Shown piece by piece: positions 10,061 through 20,821 of a DNA stretch of 64,000 nt (its first letter is position 1; every line of letters begins with the position of its first letter). The notes under the pieces are model-generated. The model did not search any database. It worked only from the letters and a program-made list of their open reading frames with translations, and was not told where the DNA came from. The stretch lies in NCBI GenBank assembly GCA_002352465.1, contig DEIN01000017.1:64777-128776 (forward strand), written 5' to 3'. Made by a program: the position numbers and the translations under genes. The DNA comes from Patescibacteria group bacterium UBA2773 (lineage in GTDB: Bacteria > Patescibacteriota > Minisyncoccia > Moranbacterales > DUUL01).

Positions 10061-10564
10061 TTAAAATTGTAAATCAATTATATTTAAATTATAAATTAAA
10101 TGCAAGAAAATTGCCAATAGAAAATAAATGATAAATATTTTAGAGTTATTTCTAAGATAAATAACGGCTATCATTAGGAGAATTGAGGTGATGACGTGAA
10201 TTAATACAATCAGAGAAATCGGGAATAATTCCAATAATTGAGGGTCGAAGTGAGGAAAAATTAGAATAAATTCGAAAAAACTGAAACCAAGACCGAAAAA
10301 AAATCCTTTGAAAATATTTGCTAGATTTATTATTCTAGAATTAATTAATAAGAAATTGATTAAGCTGAATTTAATAAATTCTTCAATTAAAACTAGAATT
10401 ATTAGAAAAATTAAATTTTCTTTTGACCAGAAACTAAAATTTTCAAAAATTAAATTAATGACGATTGAAAAGATTAAGGCCAAAAATCCAGCTGAAAAAC
10501 CGCCTAGCAGAAAAAGAATTAAGCCAGAAGATTTTTTATTTAATGGTTTGGAGTTGAGTTTCAA
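10061..10564 (-). CDS. PrsW-like intramembrane metalloprotease
   Basis: EEFIK, GLGFSFFE, H and HLIYN motifs in hydrophobic protein. Confidence 0.7.
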   Translation of the reverse strand: MKLNSKPLNKKSSGLILFLLGGFSAGFLALIFSIVINLIFENFSFWSKENLIFLIILVLIEEFIKFSLINFLLINSRIINLANIFKGFFFGLGFSFFEFILIFPHFDPQLLELFPISLIVLIHVITSILLMIAVIYLRNNSKIFIIYFLLAIFLHLIYNLNIIDLQF

Positions 10565-13178
10565 GGTCTTTTATCTTTATTTTTATTTGAGTTTGTTTGA
10601 TTTGTTCTTTTTTGACAATTTCTTTGGGGGCATTTTTGACGAATCGTTGATTGTTCAATTTGCTGTCTAAAGATTTCAGGAGTTTGTTTAATCTTTCGAT
10701 TTCAGTTTTCAATTTTTTAGCTTCTTTATCTAAATCAACGATTCCTTCTAGCGGAATATAGATTTTAATCGTTTCGACTTGAGAATAGAAAGCGTTCGGA
10801 ACTTCATCGCTGGATTCAGTGATTTCAATTTTTTCAGTGTTGGTTTGCAGATTGGTTAATAGATTTTTTTGGTCTTTGAGTACTTCTAGTTTATCATCAG
10901 CTTGAATAAAAACTTTAATTTTATCTTGAGGATTTAGCTTGTATTGTGCCCGAGCATTTCTAACTATAACTATAATCTGTTTAATCAAATCAAAATCAGC
11001 AATTTCTTTTGTATATTTTTTATATTTATTTTCTTCAGGCAAAGACTCTGTCATCAACATTGAACTGGCAACTTTTTGCCAGATGGTTTCGGTAATGAAG
11101 GGAATAAGGGGATGCCATAGTTTCAGTAAATCTTTTAGGATTTCTGTTAAAATAATTTTTTTAGAAGAATTAGTTTCGATTTTACTAATTTCTAAATACC
11201 AATCGGCAAAATCTTCTCGGGTGAATTTTCGAAGTTTTTCTCCGGCAATAGAAAAATTGTGGTTTTCAATATCAGTTTTAACTTCAATATTAAGTTGATG
11301 CATCTTGGACAAAATCCATTGATCAGCTAGGGTTAAATCAGCTAAATCTAAATCGGCTATTTTTTTACTGAAATCTAATTTTTCGGTCTTTAATTGATTC
11401 AAAACAAATCGAGCAATATTCCAAATTTTATTAACAAAATTTCGATAACCTTCAATCTTTCTTTCTGATATTTTCATATCGTTACCGGCAGTGCTTCCAA
11501 TCAACAAAGAAAGTCGAACGGCATCGGTGCCATATTTTTCAATCATTTCGATTGGATCGATTCCGTTTCCTTTAGATTTGCTCATTTTTTTACCGTGTTG
11601 GTCCAAAATCATTCCGTGGAGGTGGACTTTTTCAAAAGGAATCTCACCAACTGCAAAAAGCGACATCATAATCATTCTTGAAACCCATAAAGTCAAAATT
11701 TCATAACCAGTATTTAAAACTTGAGTAGGATGAAATTGAGCGAGATCTCCAGATTTTTTATTATCTTCAAAAGTATTAGGCCAACCGAGAGTAGAGAAAG
11801 TCCACATTCCAGAGGAGAACCAAGTGTCGAGAGTGTCTGGGTCTTGAGTCCAACCAGGGCCTGGAGTCTCGGCTTGAACTTTTATTTTGCCGTCTTTGTG
11901 CCAAGCGGGAATTCGATGACCAAGCCAAATTTGCCTTGAAATACACCAGTCGTGAAGATTTTCCATCCAATCCTCATAACGCTTGGTGAATCTTTTGGGA
12001 ATAAATTCAATTTCTTTGGACTTGGAAACTTCAATAGCTCGTTCTTTTAAGGATTGGTTGTCGAATTTTTCTAATTTTTTATCAACTGAAATAAACCATT
12101 GTTCGGAGGGTAGGGGCTCGATTATTGTTCCGCATCGATAACAAACGGCGGCTGAATGTTGATAATTTTCATCAATATGGTCGATTAATCTTAGCTCTTG
12201 CATATCAACTACAATTGCTTCTCGGGCTTTCAAAACGGTCATTCCAGCGTATTTTCCGCAGTTTTCCATCATTTTGCCGTTTTCATCAATAATTTTTTTA
12301 GAAGGAAGATTGTGTCGGATAGCAATTTCGTTATCCACAAAACTGTGAGCTGGAGTTACTTTGATGGCACCAGAGCCAAATTTTGGGTCAACAGCTTTAT
12401 CTGCTACTACTTTGACTATAAATTTTCCTAAGACTCCTTCGATTTCATAATCTTTTCCAACCATTGCTTGATAGCGTTTGTCATCGGGATGAACGGCTAC
12501 GGCGGTGTCTCCAAGTTTGGTCTCTGGGCGAGAAGTAGCTAAAACAAAAGGACCATATTTTAGCCAATAAAGTTTAGCTTTTTCTTCTTTGTGTTCAACT
12601 TCGTCGTCGGCTAGAGTGGAATGACAGCGAGGACACCAATTAACCATTCGTTCACCTCGATAAATTGCACCGGCTTCGAACATATCGATAAACATTTTTT
12701 CAACCGCTTTTTTTCGTTGGTCATCAAAGGTAAAGGCCAGCCTTGACCAATCTAAGCTAGCTCCCATTCGGCGAGTTTGATTCAAGATAGTGGATTGAGT
12801 GGTTTTCATAAAATCCCAAGCTTCTTCCATAAATTTTTCTCGGCCTAAGTCGTGGCGAGTTTGATTTTTTTCTTTAAATAATTTTTTTTCAACTACATTT
12901 TGAGTGGCAATGGCAGCGTGATCAGTTCCGGGAAGCCAGAGCGTTCGAAAGCCCTTCATTCGGTGGAAACGCACTAATAAATCTTCGATGGCGAGCATTG
13001 AAGAATGACCAAGATGAAGTTTGTCGGTGATATTAGGAGGAGGAAGAATGATGGTGTAGGGTTTGGCGTTTTCGGCCAAATCTAAATTATCGGGATTGAA
13101 TTTTCCTGATTCTTCCCAATATTGATAAATTTTTTCTTCGTTTTCTTTGGGATTATAAGTTTTGGCTAGAGTTGGCAT
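10536..13178 (-). CDS. valS: Valine--tRNA ligase
   Basis: PPPNIT..LHLGH, DWCISRQ, KMSKS, C-terminal coiled-coil arm. Confidence 0.98.
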   Translation of the reverse strand: MPTLAKTYNPKENEEKIYQYWEESGKFNPDNLDLAENAKPYTIILPPPNITDKLHLGHSSMLAIEDLLVRFHRMKGFRTLWLPGTDHAAIATQNVVEKKLFKEKNQTRHDLGREKFMEEAWDFMKTTQSTILNQTRRMGASLDWSRLAFTFDDQRKKAVEKMFIDMFEAGAIYRGERMVNWCPRCHSTLADDEVEHKEEKAKLYWLKYGPFVLATSRPETKLGDTAVAVHPDDKRYQAMVGKDYEIEGVLGKFIVKVVADKAVDPKFGSGAIKVTPAHSFVDNEIAIRHNLPSKKIIDENGKMMENCGKYAGMTVLKAREAIVVDMQELRLIDHIDENYQHSAAVCYRCGTIIEPLPSEQWFISVDKKLEKFDNQSLKERAIEVSKSKEIEFIPKRFTKRYEDWMENLHDWCISRQIWLGHRIPAWHKDGKIKVQAETPGPGWTQDPDTLDTWFSSGMWTFSTLGWPNTFEDNKKSGDLAQFHPTQVLNTGYEILTLWVSRMIMMSLFAVGEIPFEKVHLHGMILDQHGKKMSKSKGNGIDPIEMIEKYGTDAVRLSLLIGSTAGNDMKISERKIEGYRNFVNKIWNIARFVLNQLKTEKLDFSKKIADLDLADLTLADQWILSKMHQLNIEVKTDIENHNFSIAGEKLRKFTREDFADWYLEISKIETNSSKKIILTEILKDLLKLWHPLIPFITETIWQKVASSMLMTESLPEENKYKKYTKEIADFDLIKQIIVIVRNARAQYKLNPQDKIKVFIQADDKLEVLKDQKNLLTNLQTNTEKIEITESSDEVPNAFYSQVETIKIYIPLEGIVDLDKEAKKLKTEIERLNKLLKSLDSKLNNQRFVKNAPKEIVKKEQIKQTQIKIKIKDLETQLQTIK

Positions 13179-13253
13179 TGTTTGTAATAAAGTTTTATTT
13201 TTTGGAATTTCCCGGAGTCGAACTTCGGAAAATCACAGGAATAGTTTGTTGAT

Positions 13254-14624
13254 TTACTTAGTTATTTTACCAGAAGTTAGCAATAAGGCAAGGGCAAGCC
13301 AGAAGATGAACTGACCTTGAGGAAGAGTCCAGAAGTAGTGATCAAAAAATCCAAGCAATAAAAAACTGCTGACTAATAAAATAAACAGGGTTTGTTTCGC
13401 GGAAAATTTGAAAGATTGAGACTTTATAAATAAAGTTAGTAGAATTAGTCCAACTAGCCCAATTTCGCTCCAAATTAATAAATAAAGGTTATGAACGGGT
13501 TGGATATTGTAAGCGGGTAGATTTTGAGGATTGAGATCTTTGAAGATTATTGGAAATTGACCAATTCCAACTCCCAGCCAGCAATTGTGACGAAGAATTT
13601 CTTTTCTGGAAAAATCAGCGTATTGAGCTCTGAGAGAAAATGATTGATCTTGGCAATTTCCAGGGCAAAGACGAGCCGGGATAAATTTATGAAATCCGAT
13701 TAATAAAATTATTAGAATTATTAAAACGGGAAATATGGATTTAAATACTGATTTAAATCTATATTTTTGATAAAAAAGATATTTGAAATATTTTATTATT
13801 AAATAAATACTTAAAAAAGCGGTTATTAGCCAAATGCTTCGAGAAAAAGTGACTATAATTCCAGTTAAAATTAGAATTAAACCGATTTTAAAATGAATTT
13901 GGCCAGTTAGGAATTTGAATTTTGGTTTTAGCTGAAGTTTTTTAAATTTTCGAGGAAGTTTGAATGGGATTTTGAAATTTTTATTTAAAATGAAATATAG
14001 ACCAGTGACTAGGGATAGAAAGAGAAAAGCTCCAAGTAAGTTGGGATGAGGCAAGGTTCCGTAGCCTCGAATGAATTTTTCGCCACCCGCTTCTAGTTTG
14101 GCGACTCCTAGGATTTGGGGAGATAAAGCATTTTCCCCTAAATATTTTAGACCGAGGGATTTTTGAAAAATAAATTGCAATAAGGTGATGATGGATTGAA
14201 TCACACCTGAGAGAAAAATCAGATAAAGAGTTTGGTTGAAAGGTTTTTTGGTTTTAATTAGGTCGATAAAAATTAGGGAAAATCCGATAACTTCTAATAA
14301 TCGGAGAGAATTATACAATGAAATATTTGAATTAGTAGAAATAAACAGAGAATTCCAAGCTAAATAGATGATTAGTAAAAATAAAAACCAATTAGATTTG
14401 GAATTTTTTGGAATTTTTTTAGTTTTAATTTTTCGAAGAAACCAGCTTGAGAAAATTATTAAAAATAAAATGTCAAAAAAATAGAGAGAATATTGAAGAT
14501 TTTCTTTAAAAAATAAAAAATCTTTGGTAGTGGAGAAGTTGAAAATATAGTGAAAATTGAATGGCAAAATAAAAACCAAAATTAGAATTAACTTCTCTGT
14601 TGTTTTATTGGTATTTATTTGCAT
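13254..14624 (-). CDS. O-antigen ligase-family membrane protein
   Basis: RGYGTLPHPN, TFSRS, GVGIGQF, VHNLYL.IWSEIG. Confidence 0.88.
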   Translation of the reverse strand: MQINTNKTTEKLILILVFILPFNFHYIFNFSTTKDFLFFKENLQYSLYFFDILFLIIFSSWFLRKIKTKKIPKNSKSNWFLFLLIIYLAWNSLFISTNSNISLYNSLRLLEVIGFSLIFIDLIKTKKPFNQTLYLIFLSGVIQSIITLLQFIFQKSLGLKYLGENALSPQILGVAKLEAGGEKFIRGYGTLPHPNLLGAFLFLSLVTGLYFILNKNFKIPFKLPRKFKKLQLKPKFKFLTGQIHFKIGLILILTGIIVTFSRSIWLITAFLSIYLIIKYFKYLFYQKYRFKSVFKSIFPVLIILIILLIGFHKFIPARLCPGNCQDQSFSLRAQYADFSRKEILRHNCWLGVGIGQFPIIFKDLNPQNLPAYNIQPVHNLYLLIWSEIGLVGLILLTLFIKSQSFKFSAKQTLFILLVSSFLLLGFFDHYFWTLPQGQFIFWLALALLLTSGKITK

Positions 14625-14973
14625 AGCTTAATTCTAGGAAAATTTTTATAAGAAAGCAAGGTGCGGTAGAATTAAATTGAAAAATTATTAAATTATATTA
14701 AAAATAAGAAGTTTAAAATAGATTTTTAAATTTAAATAAAAAACATGAAAAAATCAATGATTGGAATTGAAATTGTATTGCAAGTTTAATGATAACTGAC
14801 TCTAGTTAATTATTAAACTTATGTCAATAATAAGTTTTTGTGGTTAAATTATAAATAAAAACTTTCTAACTTTCTAAACTTTAGAGACTTTTTGATCATC
14901 TTGTTTGATAAAGAAAATGAGTTGAGGTAGAATTGAATTAAATAAATTAATATTTTAAATTAAATTTTATTAT

Positions 14974-15732
14974 ATGAAAATATTCAAAAAATTATTCAAG
15001 GGGAATACTTTGTATTATCCGGGGTGTTTGACTAAGTTCGCGCTGAAAGACATTCAAGCTAGTTATGAAGAGATTTTGCGTCGGGAGGGAATTGATTTTA
15101 TCAAACTTGCTGACAAAGAATTGTGTTGTGGTTCGCCGGTCAAAAATGCTGGCGGAAAAAAACTTTTCAAAGAAATAGCCGAGAAGAATTTGAAGATTTT
15201 TAAGGAGCACAGTGTTGACCGAATTATTACTAATTGTCCGGCTTGTGCTTTGGTTTTAAGAAAGGACTATAAGGAAATTTTGGAGGAGCAGTGGGATATT
15301 GAAGTTCAGCATATGACTGAGATTATTACCGAGAAAAATTTGAAGCAATTTGAGGGGGTGAATAATGGAGTTGCTACTTATCATGATCCTTGTCACTTAG
15401 GGAGAGGTTTGGAAATTTATGAGGAACCGAGAGAAATTATTAAAAAGGCTGGTTTTGAAATTAAGGAAATGGATTTGAATAGAGAAAAAAGCTATTGTTG
15501 TGGAGCCGGTGGAGGCGTGAAGACTAACAATCCAGAATTGTCCAATCGAATTGCTGGGGAACGGTTTGATCAAGCTCAAAAAACCAAAGCCGACAAACTG
15601 ATAACTCCTTGTCCAATGTGTTTTGCTCAATTTAAAGAAAATGCTAAAAAACAAAATAAAAAAATTGAAATTAAAGAATTGAGCGAAATTTTGGTGGAGA
15701 AGAATAAAAAAAATAAGAATAACAAAAAATAA
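14974..15732 (+). CDS. (Fe-S)-binding CCG-domain protein (GlcF/HdrB/LutA-like)
   Basis: Two CCG motifs, CPAC, YHDPCHL, CPMC. Confidence 0.9.
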   Translation: MKIFKKLFKGNTLYYPGCLTKFALKDIQASYEEILRREGIDFIKLADKELCCGSPVKNAGGKKLFKEIAEKNLKIFKEHSVDRIITNCPACALVLRKDYKEILEEQWDIEVQHMTEIITEKNLKQFEGVNNGVATYHDPCHLGRGLEIYEEPREIIKKAGFEIKEMDLNREKSYCCGAGGGVKTNNPELSNRIAGERFDQAQKTKADKLITPCPMCFAQFKENAKKQNKKIEIKELSEILVEKNKKNKNNKK

Positions 15733-15821
15733 AAAAAAGTAAAAAATAGCCATAAAATTAAGGATAATCAGCCTTAAAAAAATAGTTTTTCTACCATTCT
15801 TCAGTGAATGGTGGGAAATGA
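15665..15821 (+). repeat. 157-bp direct repeat, copy 1 (3' end of Fe-S gene plus downstream hairpin)
   Basis: Matches 20167-20323 with 4 substitutions by manual alignment. Confidence 0.95.
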
Positions 15822-15846
15822 GTTAATTTTTAAATAAAAAAATTTT

Positions 15847-18800
15847 ATGGAAAATCAAAATTTTAAACAAGAAACAGTTAATTCTCTTGAGGAAATTGAA
15901 ATGCCTGAAAGTGAAGCCCAAAAGGAAACTTTTGAAGAAGCGCTTTTAAAAAAGATTGAAAAACTAGAAAATAAAATTAGAAAATCTATTGATCAGAAAA
16001 AAGAAGCTGAATTAAAAGAATATGCTGAAAAACAATTAGAAAGAGTGAAAGAAACAGAAGTGACAAGAAAAAAGATTGAAGATTCTAAAAAGCAACGGCA
16101 ACTTCATAAAGAAAAATCTTTAGAAAATAAGGCAGAAAAACCAAAAGGATTTATCGATAAATTGAAAGAAAAAAATATTATTAGAAAACTAAAGAAAGAG
16201 GGAATTGAAAATCCTGAAAAAGTTTTAGAATTTGTTGCCTATGTTAAAAACAAAGGAGGCGGAGATGCTAAAAATTTTGAACAAATAAAGTCTTGGGGTT
16301 ATTTGGAGGCTTTTGAATATTTAGATGACCCGATTGTTTTTTATGAGAAAGTGAATTCGATAACAGGAGCAACAGTTGAACCTTGTCCTTCTGAAATAAA
16401 AAGCGATGATTATTGGATCGATAGTCTCATAAAAATTCCAAATATTTTAGAGAAGTTAAATTTATGCGAAGAAGTTAAAAATTATTTAGGTTTAGAATTT
16501 AACGAAATGAGCGTTCAGTGTTTTTGTGAAGAATCAGGGTTGCAGTCTAAATTGTCTAAGGAGAATCTTGAAAAAGTTAAAAATTTGATTGAAATTTCGG
16601 ATAAAGTTTTAGAACTAAAAAGAGGTTATGGTCCAATCGCTAATTTGGAGTTTATTTTGGATTATGTGGAGAATGAAGACCATTATGAGTTACTAACTAG
16701 ATATGTTAAAGATTCAGGAAACAAACTTTCGACTGAATTTTTAGACCAAGTTTTGAAATCTGAAATTGGTGAGGATCTGTTGATTGGTAATAGTAATTAT
16801 TTGAACTTAAAGAAAGACGTGTTGAGTTATTCTCATGAGATGTCAGATGAAAAAAAGTTAAGAATTAAGGCTTTGAATTTAGGCGAATTTGCAGAAGACA
16901 AAGCTTTTTCTAAATTTGCAGAAGATTTTCATTTTTTGAAGGAGGACAAATTTTCGTTGGAAGAATATGAGCTATTAAAAGATTTGTATGAAAATCACAA
17001 AGAGCATGCTTTAGCATTTTATCAGGTTTTTGAAGAGTTAGAAATTGCTGATGATTTTCAAGATTTTTATTTGAAATTTAACGAGTGGAGAAAGGACGTT
17101 AAGGGAATTAAAGATTTTTTCTTGATTTTAGATGAATCTTTTCAAGAGGTAGCCAAGGGTTTTGAAAATTGCAAAGATTATATGTCAATTAGCTATTTAG
17201 GATATTTAGCTTTTGTGTTCAATAATACCGAAATATCAGAGAATTCAAATTTGATAAAAGAAATAATGGAAGAAGCCTCTTTTGATTTCAATATTAGGGA
17301 TTTTGGATTTTTGTTTTTTGCTGAACGTGATTCAATTAACTCTATTGGAATGATAATTAAAAACATTGCTAATAAAGCTGAATTAAAAATTTGTCTTGAA
17401 TTTATTCGGAGAGATTACAGCGATTTTGTAGAAAATTTTAAGGCTTTTGTTAGTATAAAGGACAAATATGATTATGATATTAGCTTAAGCACATTGTTGA
17501 ACAATCCAGAAATAATAGAAAAACTTGATTCTTGGGAAGCTAAAAAATTGATGGATTCTTTTGATAAGAACGGAATTAGTTTAGTAGAAAATATAGGGTT
17601 ATTCGATTATCCTGAGAATTCTTTGAGATTGATTGAGATGATGAGCCGTTTTTTTAATATAGACGGGCGATCAATGGATCATTTTATTAAATATGCGAAA
17701 GAAAATACGGACGAATTTTTAAACTTTATGGCTAGTTGTAATTTTAAAGAAGAAAAAAGTTATTTGAATTTTGACTCTTTGGCTATTCTTTTCGACAATC
17801 TTAAGGATTTTAATCAGCTTGAATTTTTAGGAAAACATTCTGAATTTTATTTTAATGGAAAAGTGGTCGCTTTTATAGAGGATAATCCAGATAAAGTAGT
17901 CGGGATATTTTCGTTAGCAGAACAAGGTGTCTTGGAGAAAAAAGACTTTTGCGAAATTGTAGCGAATAATTTAGAAGATGTTTTGAGGGCTCCTTCGGAA
18001 AAAATTAATTTATGGGTTGAGCTTTATAAAAAGCTGGATGGTATCCAATCATCTGAACTGCAGAAAACTAAAAAAGAAATTGCTAGGGAATTATTGTATT
18101 CAAAAAATCCAGAAGAAGCTTGTCAAGAAATCATAGAAGTATTTACGACTAATTGTTTGCCTATGGTAGGGAAAAAATATAAAGTATTTTCTATTTTGTA
18201 TAATCCACAAAAAATAAAAAAAGATTTTGAAGAACGAAAGTATCTAAGTCCTTATTTGGAGAAATCAAGCAGTCGGCGGAAATATTTTACTTTTTATCGA
18301 GATCTCTTGAATATTAGTATCAAATCAAATGATAGTTCTTTGAGAAAATATTTGGAAGTTTTTCAAGAAGGTCAAGCAGTTTTTGAAAAAATTGATATTG
18401 AAGGTGAGGAAGGGCTTGATGAAACAGAAAGAAGGCAGGCAGAGTTTATTCTAAAAAGGTTTAAAATGCTGTGGCTCAATTCGGCTTTAAGTAATCATAA
18501 AAATATTAATGATATTAATTTGGACGAAGGAATAGAAACTTCGTATATAAAAATGAGAGCTTTAATAAAAGCGGAAGATGGTCAGTCAGTTGAAGATAGA
18601 GTTTCTCAGATGTTTTTGAAGCCGGCTAGATTTAATGATGTAAAAGAGGTTTTGGATGAAATGAAGCAATCGAAAGAATTAGCAAAAAAAAGAAATTTTG
18701 AAAATTATAATTCAATAATAAAAGGAGATTTCAGTTGTGAGGAAGGTGATCTTGTGAAAGGTGTTGATGCTGCAAGTAGCGATTTTATTTTAGAATTTGG

Positions 18801-20127
18801 GATGACTGCGGGTGAATTTTTGGGGGTTGACGCTGGTAGTGATCAAACTCCTTACGATTCTGATTTTATAAGGATTCCCGAGAAATCTGAAGATAAATCT
18901 TTTATTGATAATATTAATCATTATTCGATAAGATGGGGTGACATTGATTTAATTATTAAAAACAGAGGGCAGTTTAGTGAAACTTCTCAAGGGGAGGGAG
19001 CGGAGTATGATGTTTCGAAATTTGAAATTTTTAATTCAGGTGTGATGAATAGAAATCACTATGGAGTAAGAACAGGCCTTCCTTCAACTGAAATTGATTT
19101 GATAGTGAGTCGTGATAATCGTAATAAAAATTTATTTTTGAATATTGCAAAAAATGGATTTTATATACCGGTTGTAGACGAAAAAGGACGGGTTGTATTT
19201 GATCCTGAACAGTATGAGGAGTATAGGAAGGTTTTTAGGGGAATTGATAGTCTTGAAGGAGATACTTTTGAATATCTTGATACTAAAACTGAAGATTTTG
19301 ATTATGATGATGTAGAAAAAATTAGAAAAGATATTCAAACAAGTTCTTTCGAAGTGCAAAATAAAACAAAGGAGATTAGAAACTTGATTAAGGAAACTTT
19401 AGAAGAATTTGGAATTCAATTGAAAGATGAATATGATGATAGTATTTTTGGCGCGAATTTATTGGATATTGGTTCTACTGGCAGGGGCACTAATATGACT
19501 GGAGATTTTGATTTTGATTATAGTTTATGTTTAGATAATCAGGATATAGATAAGGTTAGTTCGATTTTGGATTCGCTTAGAAAAAAATTAGGGATAACGG
19601 AAGACAATGGCTCTCATGACGACGTCGATGGTTATCAGTTGAGAGTCAAAAATTGCAAAGTTTTTGGTGAAGAGCCTTTGGATATTGATGTTGGATTTGT
19701 TCGAAAAAATGATTTAATCAATCTTAGTTCCGGTGAAGCCATTCAAGAGAGATTTGATTGGATAAAAAATAATATTGGTAAAGCAGAATACGAGAAGGTT
19801 ATCGCCAATATTGTTTTGACTAAAAAAATATTAAAAGAAGGTGGAGCGTATAAAAAATTTGAAGATGGAGGAATTGGAGGGGTTGGGGTCGAAAATTGGA
19901 TATTATTGAACGATGGTAATATGATTAAGGCTTTTGAATCTTTTCTCGATAATGCGCTAGGAAAAGATGGAGAAGTGATTTCTTTGGATGATTTTCGGGG
20001 AAAATATAGTATTATAGATCCAGGATTGAATTTAAAAGGAGGAGGTCATGATGATTTTGTCTATAAATTGAAAAAAGAGGGATATAATAATATGATTAAA
20101 GTTATAAGAAAATATCTTGATACATAA
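15847..20127 (+). CDS. Large hypothetical protein with C-terminal Pol-beta-superfamily (OAS/CD-NTase/class I CCA-like) nucleotidyltransferase domain
   Basis: IGSTGRGTNMTGDFDFD plus later DIDVGF, GGIGGVGVENWIL and IIDPG.N; charged helical N-terminus. Confidence 0.7.
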   Translation: MENQNFKQETVNSLEEIEMPESEAQKETFEEALLKKIEKLENKIRKSIDQKKEAELKEYAEKQLERVKETEVTRKKIEDSKKQRQLHKEKSLENKAEKPKGFIDKLKEKNIIRKLKKEGIENPEKVLEFVAYVKNKGGGDAKNFEQIKSWGYLEAFEYLDDPIVFYEKVNSITGATVEPCPSEIKSDDYWIDSLIKIPNILEKLNLCEEVKNYLGLEFNEMSVQCFCEESGLQSKLSKENLEKVKNLIEISDKVLELKRGYGPIANLEFILDYVENEDHYELLTRYVKDSGNKLSTEFLDQVLKSEIGEDLLIGNSNYLNLKKDVLSYSHEMSDEKKLRIKALNLGEFAEDKAFSKFAEDFHFLKEDKFSLEEYELLKDLYENHKEHALAFYQVFEELEIADDFQDFYLKFNEWRKDVKGIKDFFLILDESFQEVAKGFENCKDYMSISYLGYLAFVFNNTEISENSNLIKEIMEEASFDFNIRDFGFLFFAERDSINSIGMIIKNIANKAELKICLEFIRRDYSDFVENFKAFVSIKDKYDYDISLSTLLNNPEIIEKLDSWEAKKLMDSFDKNGISLVENIGLFDYPENSLRLIEMMSRFFNIDGRSMDHFIKYAKENTDEFLNFMASCNFKEEKSYLNFDSLAILFDNLKDFNQLEFLGKHSEFYFNGKVVAFIEDNPDKVVGIFSLAEQGVLEKKDFCEIVANNLEDVLRAPSEKINLWVELYKKLDGIQSSELQKTKKEIARELLYSKNPEEACQEIIEVFTTNCLPMVGKKYKVFSILYNPQKIKKDFEERKYLSPYLEKSSSRRKYFTFYRDLLNISIKSNDSSLRKYLEVFQEGQAVFEKIDIEGEEGLDETERRQAEFILKRFKMLWLNSALSNHKNINDINLDEGIETSYIKMRALIKAEDGQSVEDRVSQMFLKPARFNDVKEVLDEMKQSKELAKKRNFENYNSIIKGDFSCEEGDLVKGVDAASSDFILEFGMTAGEFLGVDAGSDQTPYDSDFIRIPEKSEDKSFIDNINHYSIRWGDIDLIIKNRGQFSETSQGEGAEYDVSKFEIFNSGVMNRNHYGVRTGLPSTEIDLIVSRDNRNKNLFLNIAKNGFYIPVVDEKGRVVFDPEQYEEYRKVFRGIDSLEGDTFEYLDTKTEDFDYDDVEKIRKDIQTSSFEVQNKTKEIRNLIKETLEEFGIQLKDEYDDSIFGANLLDIGSTGRGTNMTGDFDFDYSLCLDNQDIDKVSSILDSLRKKLGITEDNGSHDDVDGYQLRVKNCKVFGEEPLDIDVGFVRKNDLINLSSGEAIQERFDWIKNNIGKAEYEKVIANIVLTKKILKEGGAYKKFEDGGIGGVGVENWILLNDGNMIKAFESFLDNALGKDGEVISLDDFRGKYSIIDPGLNLKGGGHDDFVYKLKKEGYNNMIKVIRKYLDT

Positions 20128-20166
20128 AATTGTAAAAATTATTTCAAACAAAACAAAATAAATAGT

Positions 20167-20323
20167 TTGAAATTAAAGAATTGAGCGAAATTTTAGTGGA
20201 GAAGAATAAAAAAAATAAGAATAACAAAAAATAAAAAAAAGTAAAAAATAACCATAAAATTAAGGATAATCAGCCTTAAAAAAATAGTTTTTCTACTATT
20301 CTTCAGTGAATGGTGGAAAATGA
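20167..20323 (+). repeat. 157-bp direct repeat, copy 2
   Basis: Matches 15665-15821. Confidence 0.95.
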
Positions 20324-20430
20324 AGAAAATTTTTTTGTTTAGTTTTTGTCTTTTCTTGGGGTTTTAAATTGATTTTTCAAGTTGAGGAGCGAAAAAATAA
20401 AACTATTTTTAATAAATTTTTACAAAGAAT

Positions 20431-20739
20431 ATGAAAAAATTTCAGCGGAGGATTGAGGATTTTGAGTGTGAGAATTGTGGGGCGTTTGTGGCAGGGAATG
20501 GGTATACTAATCATTGTCCGGAATGTTTGTGTTCTAAACATGTTGATATTAATCCGGGAGATAGGCTCAATGAATGTGGCGGGTTGATGAGACCAGTTAA
20601 CGCTTTTTTGAAAAATCAAGAATGGATTTTAGAACAAAAATGTGAAAAGTGTGGGGAAGTGAGGAATATTAAAGTTCGAGAAGAAGACAATAAAAAAGTG
20701 ATCGAAAAAATCGTTGCAGAAAAAGTAAAGCATTTTTGA
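20431..20739 (+). CDS. RNHCP domain protein
   Basis: F.CENCG, YTNHCPECLCSKHVD..PGDR...CGGLM. Confidence 0.9.
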   Translation: MKKFQRRIEDFECENCGAFVAGNGYTNHCPECLCSKHVDINPGDRLNECGGLMRPVNAFLKNQEWILEQKCEKCGEVRNIKVREEDNKKVIEKIVAEKVKHF

Positions 20740-20821
20740 GAAATAAAATTAATTTTTAGAGGATATCCTAAAATGTTCTATAGTACATACTATTTTGATT
20801 TATAATCTTTAAGTTTTTTGT

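Noticed and set aside
15847-20739. Canonical CBASS operon
   Set aside because: No recognisable Cap effector or Cap2/Cap3 genes next to the nucleotidyltransferase
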